A stretch of 32,000 bases of DNA from Candidatus Saccharimonadota bacterium (lineage in GTDB: Bacteria > Patescibacteriota > Saccharimonadia > Saccharimonadales > UBA4665). The DNA lies in contig OY970322.1 in the NCBI GenBank assembly GCA_963716945.1, positions 450,001 through 482,000 on the forward strand, written 5' to 3'. Each line of letters starts with the position of its first letter. Position 1 is the stretch's first letter. The translations under genes were made by a program, and so were the position numbers. Below are positions 16,319-24,550 of the stretch, in pieces. The notes under the pieces are model-generated. The model worked only from the letters and a program-made list of their open reading frames with translations. It did no database searches and was not told where the DNA came from.

Positions 16319-18019
16319 ATGCGTTTGTCGCAACTATTCGGTAAGCCATCAAAAACAGAGGGTAAGGATTACACCATACCGTCACACCGCCTGCTGGTGC
16401 AGGGCGGTTTTGTCCGGGAATCTACGGCCGGACGGTACTATCTTTTGCCGCTAGGGCTTAAGGTTCACCAAAACATCGAGGCAATTGTGCGCAAACATAT
16501 GGACCAAGCCGGCGCCCAGGAAATCGTAATGCCCGTCTTGCATCCGTTGGAGCTTTGGCAGGAGACTAACCGCACGAACACGACCGGGTTTGAGCTCATG
16601 ACCGTTAAGGACCGCCGTGAGGCGGCTTTTGCCTTGGGGGGCACGGCCGAAGAGATGGCGGTTGACCTGGTACGCAAGTTTAATATTAGCTACAAAGATC
16701 TGCCCTTTAATATTTACCAGTTCTCGATGAAGTTCCGCGATGAAATGCGGGCTCGCGGCGGCTTGTTGCGGGTGCGCGAGTTTGTCATGAAAGACGCCTA
16801 TAGCTTTAGCGCCGAAGACCAGTTTAAAGACATATACGGCAAGATGGCTGATGCCTACAGTTCTATTTTTGCCGAGATGGGCTTGGAGACCAGGAAAGTA
16901 GCCGCCGATAACGGCTATATCGGCGGCGAGTATTGCCATGAGTTCATCGTTGACAGCGATATAGGGGAGAGCCGGTATTTCCTAGACACCCAGACTGATG
17001 ATGCCGCCCATGAAGATGTGGCGGTCGTACAAGCCGACGACAAAAACCCGGATGAGGCTCTAAAGCCCCTGGAAACGGTTGAAGCCGAGAGAGGCAAGAC
17101 CATGCAAGCCGGCGCAGATTTTCATAACTTGCCGCTATGGCAGCAAATCAAAGACGTCCTTTATTTCGATGAAGCCGGCAAGCGCTACATACTAGTGGTC
17201 ATCCGAGGAGATTTCGATGTTAATGAAACTAAATTGACCCATGTCGCCGACGCTTGGAGCCTACGGGCTGCTACGGACGAAGAAATACGGGCCGACCTAG
17301 ACAGCGAACCGGGCTTCATAAGTCCTGTCAAGTTCCCTAAAAAGAGCAAAAAAGGATATCCCGTATTTATAGTGGCAGATAAGAGCCTGAGGACCATTCG
17401 TAACGCCTATGGCGGCGCCAACAAGAAAAACCTGGATCTGCTGAACATCAATATTGAGCGTGATTACCAGCCTGACGTAGAGGGTGATGTGGCCTTGGCC
17501 AAGGCTAGTGACCGCTTTGTCGAAAGAAGGGGTATAGAAGTTGGCAACATCTTCCAGCTTGGCTATCACTATAGCGACCTGATGCATGATGCCGAATATA
17601 CCAGCCAAGCTGGCCAGCGGCAGAAATACTATATGGGCTGTTACGGCATAGGCATTGGCCGGACTTTGGCGGCTATTGTCGAGAAGTACCATGATGACAA
17701 AGGGATTATTTGGCCCGAAGCCGTAGCCCCCGCCAAAGTCTACCTGGCCCGCCTTGGCGCCGAAGCCGATGTTGTCAAACAGGCCGACGAACTGTATGAG
17801 CGCTTGACAGCTTCCGGGGTTGAGGTACTATATGATGACCGCGACACGCGGGCCGGCGAGAAGTTCGCCGATGCCGACCTGCTGGGCATCCCGTACCGGG
17901 TGGTTGTCAGCGGCAAGACCGCCGAAGCCGGCGATTACGAACTCAAGGCCCGCACGGCCGCCGAAGCCCGCCGGGTCAGCCCGGACGAACTGGCAAAGGC
18001 ACTAGGAATTACCGCTTAA
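16319..18019 (+). CDS. proS: Prolyl-tRNA synthetase, bacterial type with INS editing domain
   Basis: N-terminus MRLSQLFGKP...HRLLVQGGFVRESTAGRYYLLPLG. Class II core, YbaK-like insert (VVIRGDFDVNETKL...) and a C-terminal anticodon-binding domain. SD AGGAGA. Confidence 0.95.
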   Translation: MRLSQLFGKPSKTEGKDYTIPSHRLLVQGGFVRESTAGRYYLLPLGLKVHQNIEAIVRKHMDQAGAQEIVMPVLHPLELWQETNRTNTTGFELMTVKDRREAAFALGGTAEEMAVDLVRKFNISYKDLPFNIYQFSMKFRDEMRARGGLLRVREFVMKDAYSFSAEDQFKDIYGKMADAYSSIFAEMGLETRKVAADNGYIGGEYCHEFIVDSDIGESRYFLDTQTDDAAHEDVAVVQADDKNPDEALKPLETVEAERGKTMQAGADFHNLPLWQQIKDVLYFDEAGKRYILVVIRGDFDVNETKLTHVADAWSLRAATDEEIRADLDSEPGFISPVKFPKKSKKGYPVFIVADKSLRTIRNAYGGANKKNLDLLNINIERDYQPDVEGDVALAKASDRFVERRGIEVGNIFQLGYHYSDLMHDAEYTSQAGQRQKYYMGCYGIGIGRTLAAIVEKYHDDKGIIWPEAVAPAKVYLARLGAEADVVKQADELYERLTASGVEVLYDDRDTRAGEKFADADLLGIPYRVVVSGKTAEAGDYELKARTAAEARRVSPDELAKALGITA

Positions 18020-18023
18020 ACGC

Positions 18024-18032
18024 TGTTATAAT
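18024..18032 (+). promoter_or_regulatory. Extended -10 TGTTATAAT upstream of greA, giving a ~65-nt leader with SD GAAGGAGGG
   Basis: Read directly. Confidence 0.4.
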
Positions 18033-18103
18033 GTTACTGAACGAGTGGCGGCCGGTATTTGGATAAGCCACCTGCTGGTAACCGATAGAAGGAGGGAAAG
18101 CCG

Positions 18104-18565
18104 ATGAAGAAATTGTTTCGATTGACCCAGGCGGGCGTCGATGAATTACAAACCGAACTTGACGCCTTGAACGCCAAGCGCAACGGCATTGCCGACGCTA
18201 TTAAGACTGCCCGGGAATTAGGCGACCTGGCCGAGAACGCCGAATACCAATCCGCCCGCGCCGAGCAGGACCGCAACGAAACCCGAATCGCCGAGATCGA
18301 AAACATTTTGCAAAACGTCGAAATCATCAAAAAACCGCGCGGCGACAGCAAAGTCCAGCTGGGCTCGGTCGTCAAGCTCAAGGGGCAGGGCGGCAAGGCC
18401 AAAGACTTCCAGGTCGTCGGCACTGTCGAAGCCGACCCGCTGAACGGCAAAATCAGCGACGAATCACCAATCGGCCAAGCCCTGATCGGCCAAGCCGTCG
18501 GCGCCACTGTCGAAATCTCCACGCCCACCGATACCAGCAGCTACAAGATCGTCAGCATCAGCTAG
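18104..18565 (+). CDS. greA: Transcription elongation factor GreA
   Basis: Coiled-coil N-terminus with GDLAENAEYQSARAEQ and an FKBP-like C-terminal domain. Confidence 0.93.
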   Translation: MKKLFRLTQAGVDELQTELDALNAKRNGIADAIKTARELGDLAENAEYQSARAEQDRNETRIAEIENILQNVEIIKKPRGDSKVQLGSVVKLKGQGGKAKDFQVVGTVEADPLNGKISDESPIGQALIGQAVGATVEISTPTDTSSYKIVSIS

Positions 18566-18640
18566 TAGCAATTCTATCCGGCCCTAATCAAGACCCGGTC
18601 GTATGCCGTCCGCAAAAACGGCAAAAACCGCTACATTTAC

Positions 18641-18669
18641 TTGAAATAAAGTACAAAAAGTTGTAATAT
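18641..18669 (+). promoter_or_regulatory. Promoter TTGAAA-17-TAATAT ending 7 nt before the ATG at 18677
   Basis: Read directly. No SD is present. Confidence 0.5.
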
Positions 18670-18676
18670 ATAAGAC

Positions 18677-19570
18677 ATGTCCAAGGAGATCGGCACGGCT
18701 TTGCCGTACACGCAGGAATTAGAGATGCCGGCTATGGCTTTGCCGGTGGGTTTTGTCTTGTCGCAGCAGTGGGGCAGTCTGCATGTTACAGCAGCGGCCA
18801 GCGAAGCTTACGCTATGGCGGCACCGCCGGAAGCGGGCTTGGCGGCAGCCGCGCCGGCTGCCGCGCCTTCGGGCCGCCAATACGATCCCCAGATCGATAT
18901 CTGGCTGATAGCCCCCAAAGAATTATCAGAGCCGGTCGAGGAGCTGGAAGCCCAGCCAAGCCCTCTCAGCCAACGGCTTGCGCCCGGTTCCGAGGTCTAT
19001 TTGCACGACAAAGGTGTCGGCCTGACGGCCGAGTTCGGCCATGATAAGTCGTTTATGACCCAGCTCATGGCGTCCTTTTATGAAAGTAAAACCGGCCATC
19101 CGGCCGAAATGATGTTTGCTTACCGGCCGAGTGCCGGAACCGAAAAGCCCTTAATGGAGGATATCGAACAGGATGTCCCTATGTTTTTTGCCCATTTGCT
19201 GAACGAAGGCCTACGGGAAGCGTTGCCGCCCGCCCTTTATGCCCGGGAACGGCTTGTCGAGAGGCGTCAGGCTCTGGATCTGGCTACACGGGCGATGGTG
19301 CTGCCGCCTCTAGCCGCCGGCGCATCGGCGCTTGCCGCTGAAATATTACGGTTCGGTGAGTTGGGCTTGCCGGTTGCAGCCGCCGCCGGTGCGGCTGCCG
19401 CCGCGAGATTTGTGCGTAACGGTATCCGGACCTATTTGTCGCTGTCGGAGAGGATGGAAAGGTCGATGCGTGAAAATTCCGCTCTCAAAGCCGCAATCGT
19501 CGGCCGGCAAATAGAGGAAGCTTTTGCTCTCCGGCCGGCTGCTACAGAGGCCGCCGGCTCCGACGAATAA
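18677..19570 (+). CDS. Hypothetical protein (ORFan) with an Ala-rich C-terminal helical hairpin; apparent paralogue of the 27958 protein with a degenerate metal motif
   Basis: 297-aa ORF. FFAH(173)LLNE aligns to FAH(158)EVDH of 27958, followed by similar helix and hairpin segments. Confidence 0.6.
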   Translation: MSKEIGTALPYTQELEMPAMALPVGFVLSQQWGSLHVTAAASEAYAMAAPPEAGLAAAAPAAAPSGRQYDPQIDIWLIAPKELSEPVEELEAQPSPLSQRLAPGSEVYLHDKGVGLTAEFGHDKSFMTQLMASFYESKTGHPAEMMFAYRPSAGTEKPLMEDIEQDVPMFFAHLLNEGLREALPPALYARERLVERRQALDLATRAMVLPPLAAGASALAAEILRFGELGLPVAAAAGAAAAARFVRNGIRTYLSLSERMERSMRENSALKAAIVGRQIEEAFALRPAATEAAGSDE

Positions 19571-19586
19571 GCCTGGAATTATAGGT

Positions 19587-19592
19587 TATACT
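19587..19592 (+). promoter_or_regulatory. -10 box TATACT, 10 nt upstream of the lysS ATG
   Basis: Read directly. Confidence 0.3.
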
Positions 19593-19602
19593 GTTAGCAA
19601 GT

Positions 19603-21117
19603 ATGGCCACACTGAAAGAACTGCGCGACGAGCGCCTCAGGAAACTGGAAGAACTCAAGCAGCTGGGCGTTAACCCGTACCCGGCCGAGGCCGAACGGAC
19701 GCACGCCTTAGCCGACATCAGCGGCAAATTCGACGAGCTCGAAGGCCAAGAGGTCTCGGTCGTCGGCCGGGTTATTAATATCCGCAAATTCGGCAAAATC
19801 GCTTTCATCGTGCTGCGCGACCAGAGCGGGCAAGTCCAGTTGTTCCTCGGCCGGGACAAGGTTGCCGGCCTGGAGGCCGAGCACGGCCGGCTCGGTTTCG
19901 ACCAGCTGCCGTTACTCGACAGCGGCGACTTCATCGAGGCCCGCGGCCCGGTTATCAAGACTCAGACGGGCGAAATATCGGTCGAAGTCCGCGAACTTAG
20001 GCTGCTGGCCAAATCCCTGCGGCCGCTGCCGGTCAGCCGCGAAGGTTTCACCAACAAGGAAGAACGCCTGCGCCGCCGCTACGTCGACATGAACGTCAAC
20101 CTCGACGTCCGCGACCGCTTCGTCCGCCGCAGCAAATTCTGGCAGGCGACGCGCGACTTCTGCAACCGGCAGGGCTTCGTCGAAATTAACGTGCCGGTGC
20201 TGGAACACACTACCGGCGGCGCCGACGCCACGCCGTTCGTGACTCACATGGACGCCCTGGACCAGGATTTCTATCTGCGTATCAGCCACGAGTTGCCGCT
20301 CAAGCGCCTGATCGGCGCCGGTTTCGAGAAGGTTTATGACATCGGGCCGCGCTTCCGCAACGAGAATTATTCTGACGAGCACTTGCCGGAGCACGTGGCT
20401 ATGGAATGGTACTGGGCCTACGCCGATTGGCGCGACGGCATGGCTTTCCAGACCGACATGTTCCGCCATATTATCAAGGAGACGTTCGGCACATTGCAGT
20501 TCAAACTCGGCAAATTCGACATCGACCTGGGCCGTGATTGGGAAGAGCTGGATTACGCCGCCGCGCTGCAGCAGCACTACCAAATCGACCCGTTCAATTG
20601 TTCGCTTGACGACATCAAGCAAGCCTTGGCCAAGCACAAGCTGGAAGTCGAACAGACCGAAAACAAGGCCCGCGGCATCGACAAGCTCTGGAAAAATATC
20701 CGCAAAGACATCGCCGGACCGGTTTGGCTGGTCAACGCGCCGACTTTCATCAGCCCGCTGTCCAAGACCAACCCCGACCGGCCGGAAACGTCGCAGCGCT
20801 TCCAGGCCGTTATCGCCGGCAGCGAAGTCTGCAACGGCTTCTCCGAGCTCAACGACCCGCTTGACCAGTTGCGGCGCTTCAGCGAGCAGCAGGCCATGCG
20901 CGAATCCGGCGACGACGAGGCCATGATGCTGGATATCGATTACGTCGAAATGCTGGAATACGGCATGCCGCCGGCTTGCGGTTTGGGTTTCAGCGAACGC
21001 GTTTTTTGGATTTTCGAAGGTGTCAGCGCCCGCGAAGGCGTGCCGTTCCCGCAGCTCCGGCAGGAAATCGACGAAACCACCAAAACGATTTACCCCGACC
21101 TCAAGCTCGGCCGTTAA
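19603..21117 (+). CDS. lysS: Lysyl-tRNA synthetase, class II
   Basis: OB-fold N-terminal domain (VSVVGRVINIRKFGKIAFIVLRD) and class II motif 2 GPRFRNE...EH. Confidence 0.96.
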   Translation: MATLKELRDERLRKLEELKQLGVNPYPAEAERTHALADISGKFDELEGQEVSVVGRVINIRKFGKIAFIVLRDQSGQVQLFLGRDKVAGLEAEHGRLGFDQLPLLDSGDFIEARGPVIKTQTGEISVEVRELRLLAKSLRPLPVSREGFTNKEERLRRRYVDMNVNLDVRDRFVRRSKFWQATRDFCNRQGFVEINVPVLEHTTGGADATPFVTHMDALDQDFYLRISHELPLKRLIGAGFEKVYDIGPRFRNENYSDEHLPEHVAMEWYWAYADWRDGMAFQTDMFRHIIKETFGTLQFKLGKFDIDLGRDWEELDYAAALQQHYQIDPFNCSLDDIKQALAKHKLEVEQTENKARGIDKLWKNIRKDIAGPVWLVNAPTFISPLSKTNPDRPETSQRFQAVIAGSEVCNGFSELNDPLDQLRRFSEQQAMRESGDDEAMMLDIDYVEMLEYGMPPACGLGFSERVFWIFEGVSAREGVPFPQLRQEIDETTKTIYPDLKLGR

Positions 21118-21120
21118 GCG

Positions 21121-21489
21121 ATGATACAAGTCACCGACGAGGAATTTCAGCGGCTGATTGACGAAGCCTTGGGCGAGCTGCCGGGCGAGCACGTCAAGAA
21201 TATCAAAAACGTCGCTATCCTATACGAAGACCAGCCGACGCCCGAGCAGCGGCACGAATTGCAACTAAGGAACGACCAGACCTTATTGGGTTTGTACCAG
21301 GGGACGCCGCTCAGCCAGCGGCAGGGGATGACCCATTTGCTGCCGGACAAGATAACGCTGTTCAAGCGGCCGCTGCAATACCGGGCCGACAGCCCGGCCG
21401 GCCTTAAGGAGCAAATCAAGCACACGCTTTGGCATGAAATCGCCCATTACTACGGGCTGGACCACGACCAGATCCGCGAATTGGAATAA
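21121..21489 (+). CDS. Zincin_1 (DUF1025-like) small metallopeptidase-family protein
   Basis: C-terminal HTLWHEIAHYYGLDHDQI (HExxH..G.D). About 120 aa. Starts 3 nt after the lysS stop. Confidence 0.75.
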   Translation: MIQVTDEEFQRLIDEALGELPGEHVKNIKNVAILYEDQPTPEQRHELQLRNDQTLLGLYQGTPLSQRQGMTHLLPDKITLFKRPLQYRADSPAGLKEQIKHTLWHEIAHYYGLDHDQIRELE

Positions 21490-21503
21490 GAATTAAGAGC
21501 GGC

Positions 21504-22022
21504 CTAGCGCTTGGAGGCCGGCAGCTTGCCGTAGCTGGACCGGATCTGGAACAGCAGGTATAGGCCGACGCCCGAGCCGATGACCGTACCGATCAGGCCG
21601 CCGATGCCGCCATAGCTCGTGAAAGCGATGATTACGCCGTAAACGATGTTGGTCAGCAGGGCGTAAAACATCAGGTTCCAGCCTGACTTTTTGCGGTCGC
21701 GGGTAGCCGGGAAGGCGGCCACGTAAAGCAGGGCTTCAAAGGCCAGGACGATAAGCCCCAGCCAGATGCCGAAGTTAAGGCGGCCGCCCACGGCCGGTCC
21801 GCCGTAGGCCGCGCTCAGGTTGTTGGCGTAGTTAATCAGGCCGTTATCGGCGTGGGCCCAGTTCCACAAACCGACGACTACCAATAGCGCCAGCAACCCC
21901 AGTACCAGGTTAATCCAGGGCAGGTACTCGACCAGGGCTTTTTTGCCGCTGGGCGGCAGCGGCGGCGCCTTCTTGACGAACACCTCTTCCAGTTTGTTTT
22001 CCAATGGTTGAAACGCGCTCAT
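21504..22022 (-). CDS. Small polytopic membrane protein, unknown family
   Basis: 172 aa from the ATG at 22022, preceded by AGGAGG. Four hydrophobic helices. The ORF-track start at 22106 is less likely. Confidence 0.65.
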   Translation of the reverse strand: MSAFQPLENKLEEVFVKKAPPLPPSGKKALVEYLPWINLVLGLLALLVVVGLWNWAHADNGLINYANNLSAAYGGPAVGGRLNFGIWLGLIVLAFEALLYVAAFPATRDRKKSGWNLMFYALLTNIVYGVIIAFTSYGGIGGLIGTVIGSGVGLYLLFQIRSSYGKLPASKR

Positions 22023-22039
22023 GCAGCCTCCTAGATTTA

Positions 22040-22063
22040 TCCCAAGCTCAAAGCTTTCTGGGA
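22040..22063. promoter_or_regulatory. Imperfect inverted repeat in a divergent promoter region
   Basis: TCCCA-AGCT-caa-AGCT-ttc-TGGGA read directly. Could be an operator or an RNA hairpin. Confidence 0.25.
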
Positions 22064-22148
22064 TTAATGTATGCCCATTATGTAAACTTTGCAACGGATT
22101 ATACACAGGATTCGGCCGGTAATTTCGACTGCCGGGCGCCCGGTATCG

Positions 22149-22154
22149 TATACT
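22149..22154 (+). promoter_or_regulatory. -10 box TATACT, 8 nt upstream of the ATG at 22163
   Basis: Read directly. Confidence 0.3.
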
Positions 22155-22162
22155 GTAGGGAC

Positions 22163-22483
22163 ATGACGACCGGACAAATACACGTTACCCAGAGGCAAAA
22201 CCGCAGCGTCAACCGCAGCCTGTGGGACAGGACCTGGAAAGACCGGCGCGGCAACGTTGTCATCTGGCAATGGCCTAATATTCCGCTGATTGCCTGGGCG
22301 GTCCTGACGGTCGTGTCATTGCTGGTCGGCGGCCGGCAGGCCGACGTCTTTGCGTGGCTGGCTTCGGCTTCGCTGGTGATTTGGTCGCTGCTGGAAATCT
22401 TCAAGGGCGCCAATTACTTCCGGCGGGCGCTCGGCCTGCTGGTGCTCTTCCTGAGTGTCATGTCTTTTATCCATAACATTTAA
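22163..22483 (+). CDS. Small membrane protein (106 aa, 2-3 TM), unknown family
   Basis: The internal ATG at 22163 avoids overlap with the divergent gene. Hydrophobic helices IPLIAWAVLTVVSLLV, WLASASLVIWSLL and LGLLVLFLSVMSF. Confidence 0.5.
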   Translation: MTTGQIHVTQRQNRSVNRSLWDRTWKDRRGNVVIWQWPNIPLIAWAVLTVVSLLVGGRQADVFAWLASASLVIWSLLEIFKGANYFRRALGLLVLFLSVMSFIHNI

Positions 22484-22505
22484 TTAACGAAAGGGCAGAC
22501 GAACT

Positions 22506-22808
22506 ATGAAAGCTATCTGGAACGACACCGTAATCGCCGAGGCCGACAAGGCCGATCTAATTTATATCGAACAGAACTGGTACTTCCCGCCGGACAGCGT
22601 CAAGCAGGACTATTTGCGCAAGAGCGACACGCCTTACACCTGTCCGTGGAAGGGCGTTTGCCAGTATTTCGACGTCGGCCAGGGCGACGACTGGAGCGAA
22701 GATAACGCCTGGAGCTACCCCGAGCCGAAACCGAGCGCCATCGACACGGTCAAGAAGGATTTCTCGAACTACGTCGCTTTCTGGCGCGATGTCCAGGTCA
22801 CCGAATAA
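22506..22808 (+). CDS. DUF427 domain protein
   Basis: NWYFPPDSV...TPYTCPWKGVCQYFDV matches the DUF427 pattern. About 100 aa. Confidence 0.75.
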   Translation: MKAIWNDTVIAEADKADLIYIEQNWYFPPDSVKQDYLRKSDTPYTCPWKGVCQYFDVGQGDDWSEDNAWSYPEPKPSAIDTVKKDFSNYVAFWRDVQVTE

Positions 22809-23296
22809 TGCAGCGGGCGATTTTCGCGGCCGGTTGTTTCTGGGGCGTTCAGTATTATTTTGACCAGGTACCGGGGGTAACCAAGACGACCGTCGGCTAT
22901 ACCGGCGGCCACACCGAGAATCCGTCCTATGAAGAGGTCTGCACCCACACCACCGGCCATGCCGAAGCGGTGCTGGTGGAATTTGACCCCGACCAAGTCA
23001 GTTATGAGACGCTTTGCCGGCAGTTTTTCCGGATGCACGACCCGACCCAGCTCAACCGGCAAGGGCCGGATGTAGGCGATAGCTACCGGACGGCGATATT
23101 CTACGTCGACGACCAGCAAAAGGCCGTCGCCGAAGCCGTCAAAGCCGCCGTCCAGGCCAATTTCGACAAGCCGATCGTTACCGAAATCACGGCGGCCACG
23201 GAGTTCTATGAGGCTGAAGATTACCATCAAAAATACGCCGAACGTACCGGCCGGGGCATGTGCCACGTGCCTTACGAACCGCTTAAGCAAGGCTGA
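22808..23296 (+). CDS. msrA: Peptide-methionine (S)-S-oxide reductase MsrA
   Basis: Active-site GCFWG and the YHQ.Y motif. The start overlaps the DUF427 stop (TAATG). Confidence 0.95.
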   Translation: MQRAIFAAGCFWGVQYYFDQVPGVTKTTVGYTGGHTENPSYEEVCTHTTGHAEAVLVEFDPDQVSYETLCRQFFRMHDPTQLNRQGPDVGDSYRTAIFYVDDQQKAVAEAVKAAVQANFDKPIVTEITAATEFYEAEDYHQKYAERTGRGMCHVPYEPLKQG

Positions 23297-23314
23297 TAAT
23301 ACTAGCGGACTTGG

Positions 23315-23320
23315 TACACT
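23315..23320 (+). promoter_or_regulatory. -10 box TACACT, 7 nt upstream of the ATG at 23328
   Basis: Read directly. Confidence 0.3.
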
Positions 23321-23327
23321 GTAAGCG

Positions 23328-23948
23328 ATGGCCGCGATTATTTTTGACTTCGACGGGACGATTGCCGATAGCTTCGACTACGTGGCCGGTTTTTTAATCA
23401 AAGAGGCCGGCCCGGAAGCCGCGGCCGCTACCGACAAGCAGGACCTGCGCGGGTTGTCGATGGCCGCCATGGCCCGGCAGCTGGGTCATGGCTGGTGGCG
23501 GCTGCCGGGGCTGCTGTTCAAGGGCCGGCGGCAGATGGGCGGCGTTATCAACCAGCTGCGGCCGTTCGACGGTATGGCCGATGTCATCGAAAAACTGCAC
23601 GCCGAAGGCCACGAGCTGTTCATTGTCAGCAGCAACCGCGTCAAGAACGTCCGGGCGTTCCTGCGCCACCACGGGCTGCAGACTTACTTCTTGGAAATTT
23701 ACGGCGGCGTCGGCATGTTCGGCAAGGCTCCGGCGCTGCGCCGGCTGTTGCGCGACCAGCAAATTGAGACCAAAAACGCCGTTTATATAGGCGACGAACT
23801 GCGCGACGTCCAAGCCGCCCAGTCGATCAAGCTGCCGGTAATCGCCGTGACTTGGGGTTTTGCCCGGCCGTCCAGTTTGATCCGTTTGAAGCCGACGGCC
23901 GTGGTTGAGCGGCCGGGCGATATCGTCGGCGCTATAGGCGAACTCTAG
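23328..23948 (+). CDS. HAD-family phosphatase (phosphoglycolate phosphatase/PpaX-like)
   Basis: IIFDFDGTIADS (motif I), VSSN (motif II) and YIGDELRD (motif IV). Confidence 0.85.
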   Translation: MAAIIFDFDGTIADSFDYVAGFLIKEAGPEAAAATDKQDLRGLSMAAMARQLGHGWWRLPGLLFKGRRQMGGVINQLRPFDGMADVIEKLHAEGHELFIVSSNRVKNVRAFLRHHGLQTYFLEIYGGVGMFGKAPALRRLLRDQQIETKNAVYIGDELRDVQAAQSIKLPVIAVTWGFARPSSLIRLKPTAVVERPGDIVGAIGEL

Positions 23949-23993
23949 GCTTCTTGTACCGGCGCTTGGCGGAGTGTATAGTGGAGCGCACGG

Positions 23994-23999
23994 TAAACT
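23994..23999 (+). promoter_or_regulatory. -10-like TAAACT, 8 nt upstream of the ATG at 24008
   Basis: Read directly. TTGTAC-18-TATAGT at 23953-23982 is an alternative. Confidence 0.25.
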
Positions 24000-24007
24000 A
24001 GGCTACA

Positions 24008-24550
24008 ATGGATAACTTTTCGCTTAAATCTATCCTCGGTTCTCCGGAACCGGGCCAGACCGCCGGCCAGCACCCTAACGCCGGCAGCGGGCCGCCGGCC
24101 GTTGCTCCCCAGCCGGTCGTCCAGGTGCTTAGCCCGCGCGGCGTCGAATACGTTTTCTTGACGATTGTCTTGTTCACGGGCGCGGTCAACCTGATTGCCG
24201 CCCTGGTCATACTGATTAACGGCAATATCGATTTCAGCCTGCTGGCATTCCCGACGGCGGCTTTGCTGGTCACCGTACCGGCTTTCGCCTGGCTGTTTTT
24301 GCGCCTGAAACGGGCCGAGCTGGCCAATCCGCAGCTGGCGCTCGACCCGTCTAAGCGCCGTAGCACGCAATTCATCAAAGTCATCAGTTTCACCACCTGT
24401 TTATTCACGCTGATCGGCTTCCTGTTCGGGCTTTTCATTAAGATCGGCGGCAATTACAACGGTTCGTTCGTTAAGTTCTTCTTCGATATGCTGGTAATTC
24501 TGGCGGTCGCCGGCGGCATCCTGGCTTATTACTGGGTCAATGAGCGCTAA
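24008..24550 (+). CDS. Membrane protein (4 TM) with a Pro-rich N-terminus, unknown family
   Basis: 180-aa ORF with four clear hydrophobic helices. Confidence 0.65.
   Translation: MDNFSLKSILGSPEPGQTAGQHPNAGSGPPAVAPQPVVQVLSPRGVEYVFLTIVLFTGAVNLIAALVILINGNIDFSLLAFPTAALLVTVPAFAWLFLRLKRAELANPQLALDPSKRRSTQFIKVISFTTCLFTLIGFLFGLFIKIGGNYNGSFVKFFFDMLVILAVAGGILAYYWVNER

Noticed and set aside
18605-18622. The hairpin GCCGT-CCGCAAAA-ACGGC after greA, as an intrinsic terminator
   Set aside because: The stem is only 5 bp and is followed by an A-tract rather than a T-tract on the greA strand. It is not convincing on either strand.
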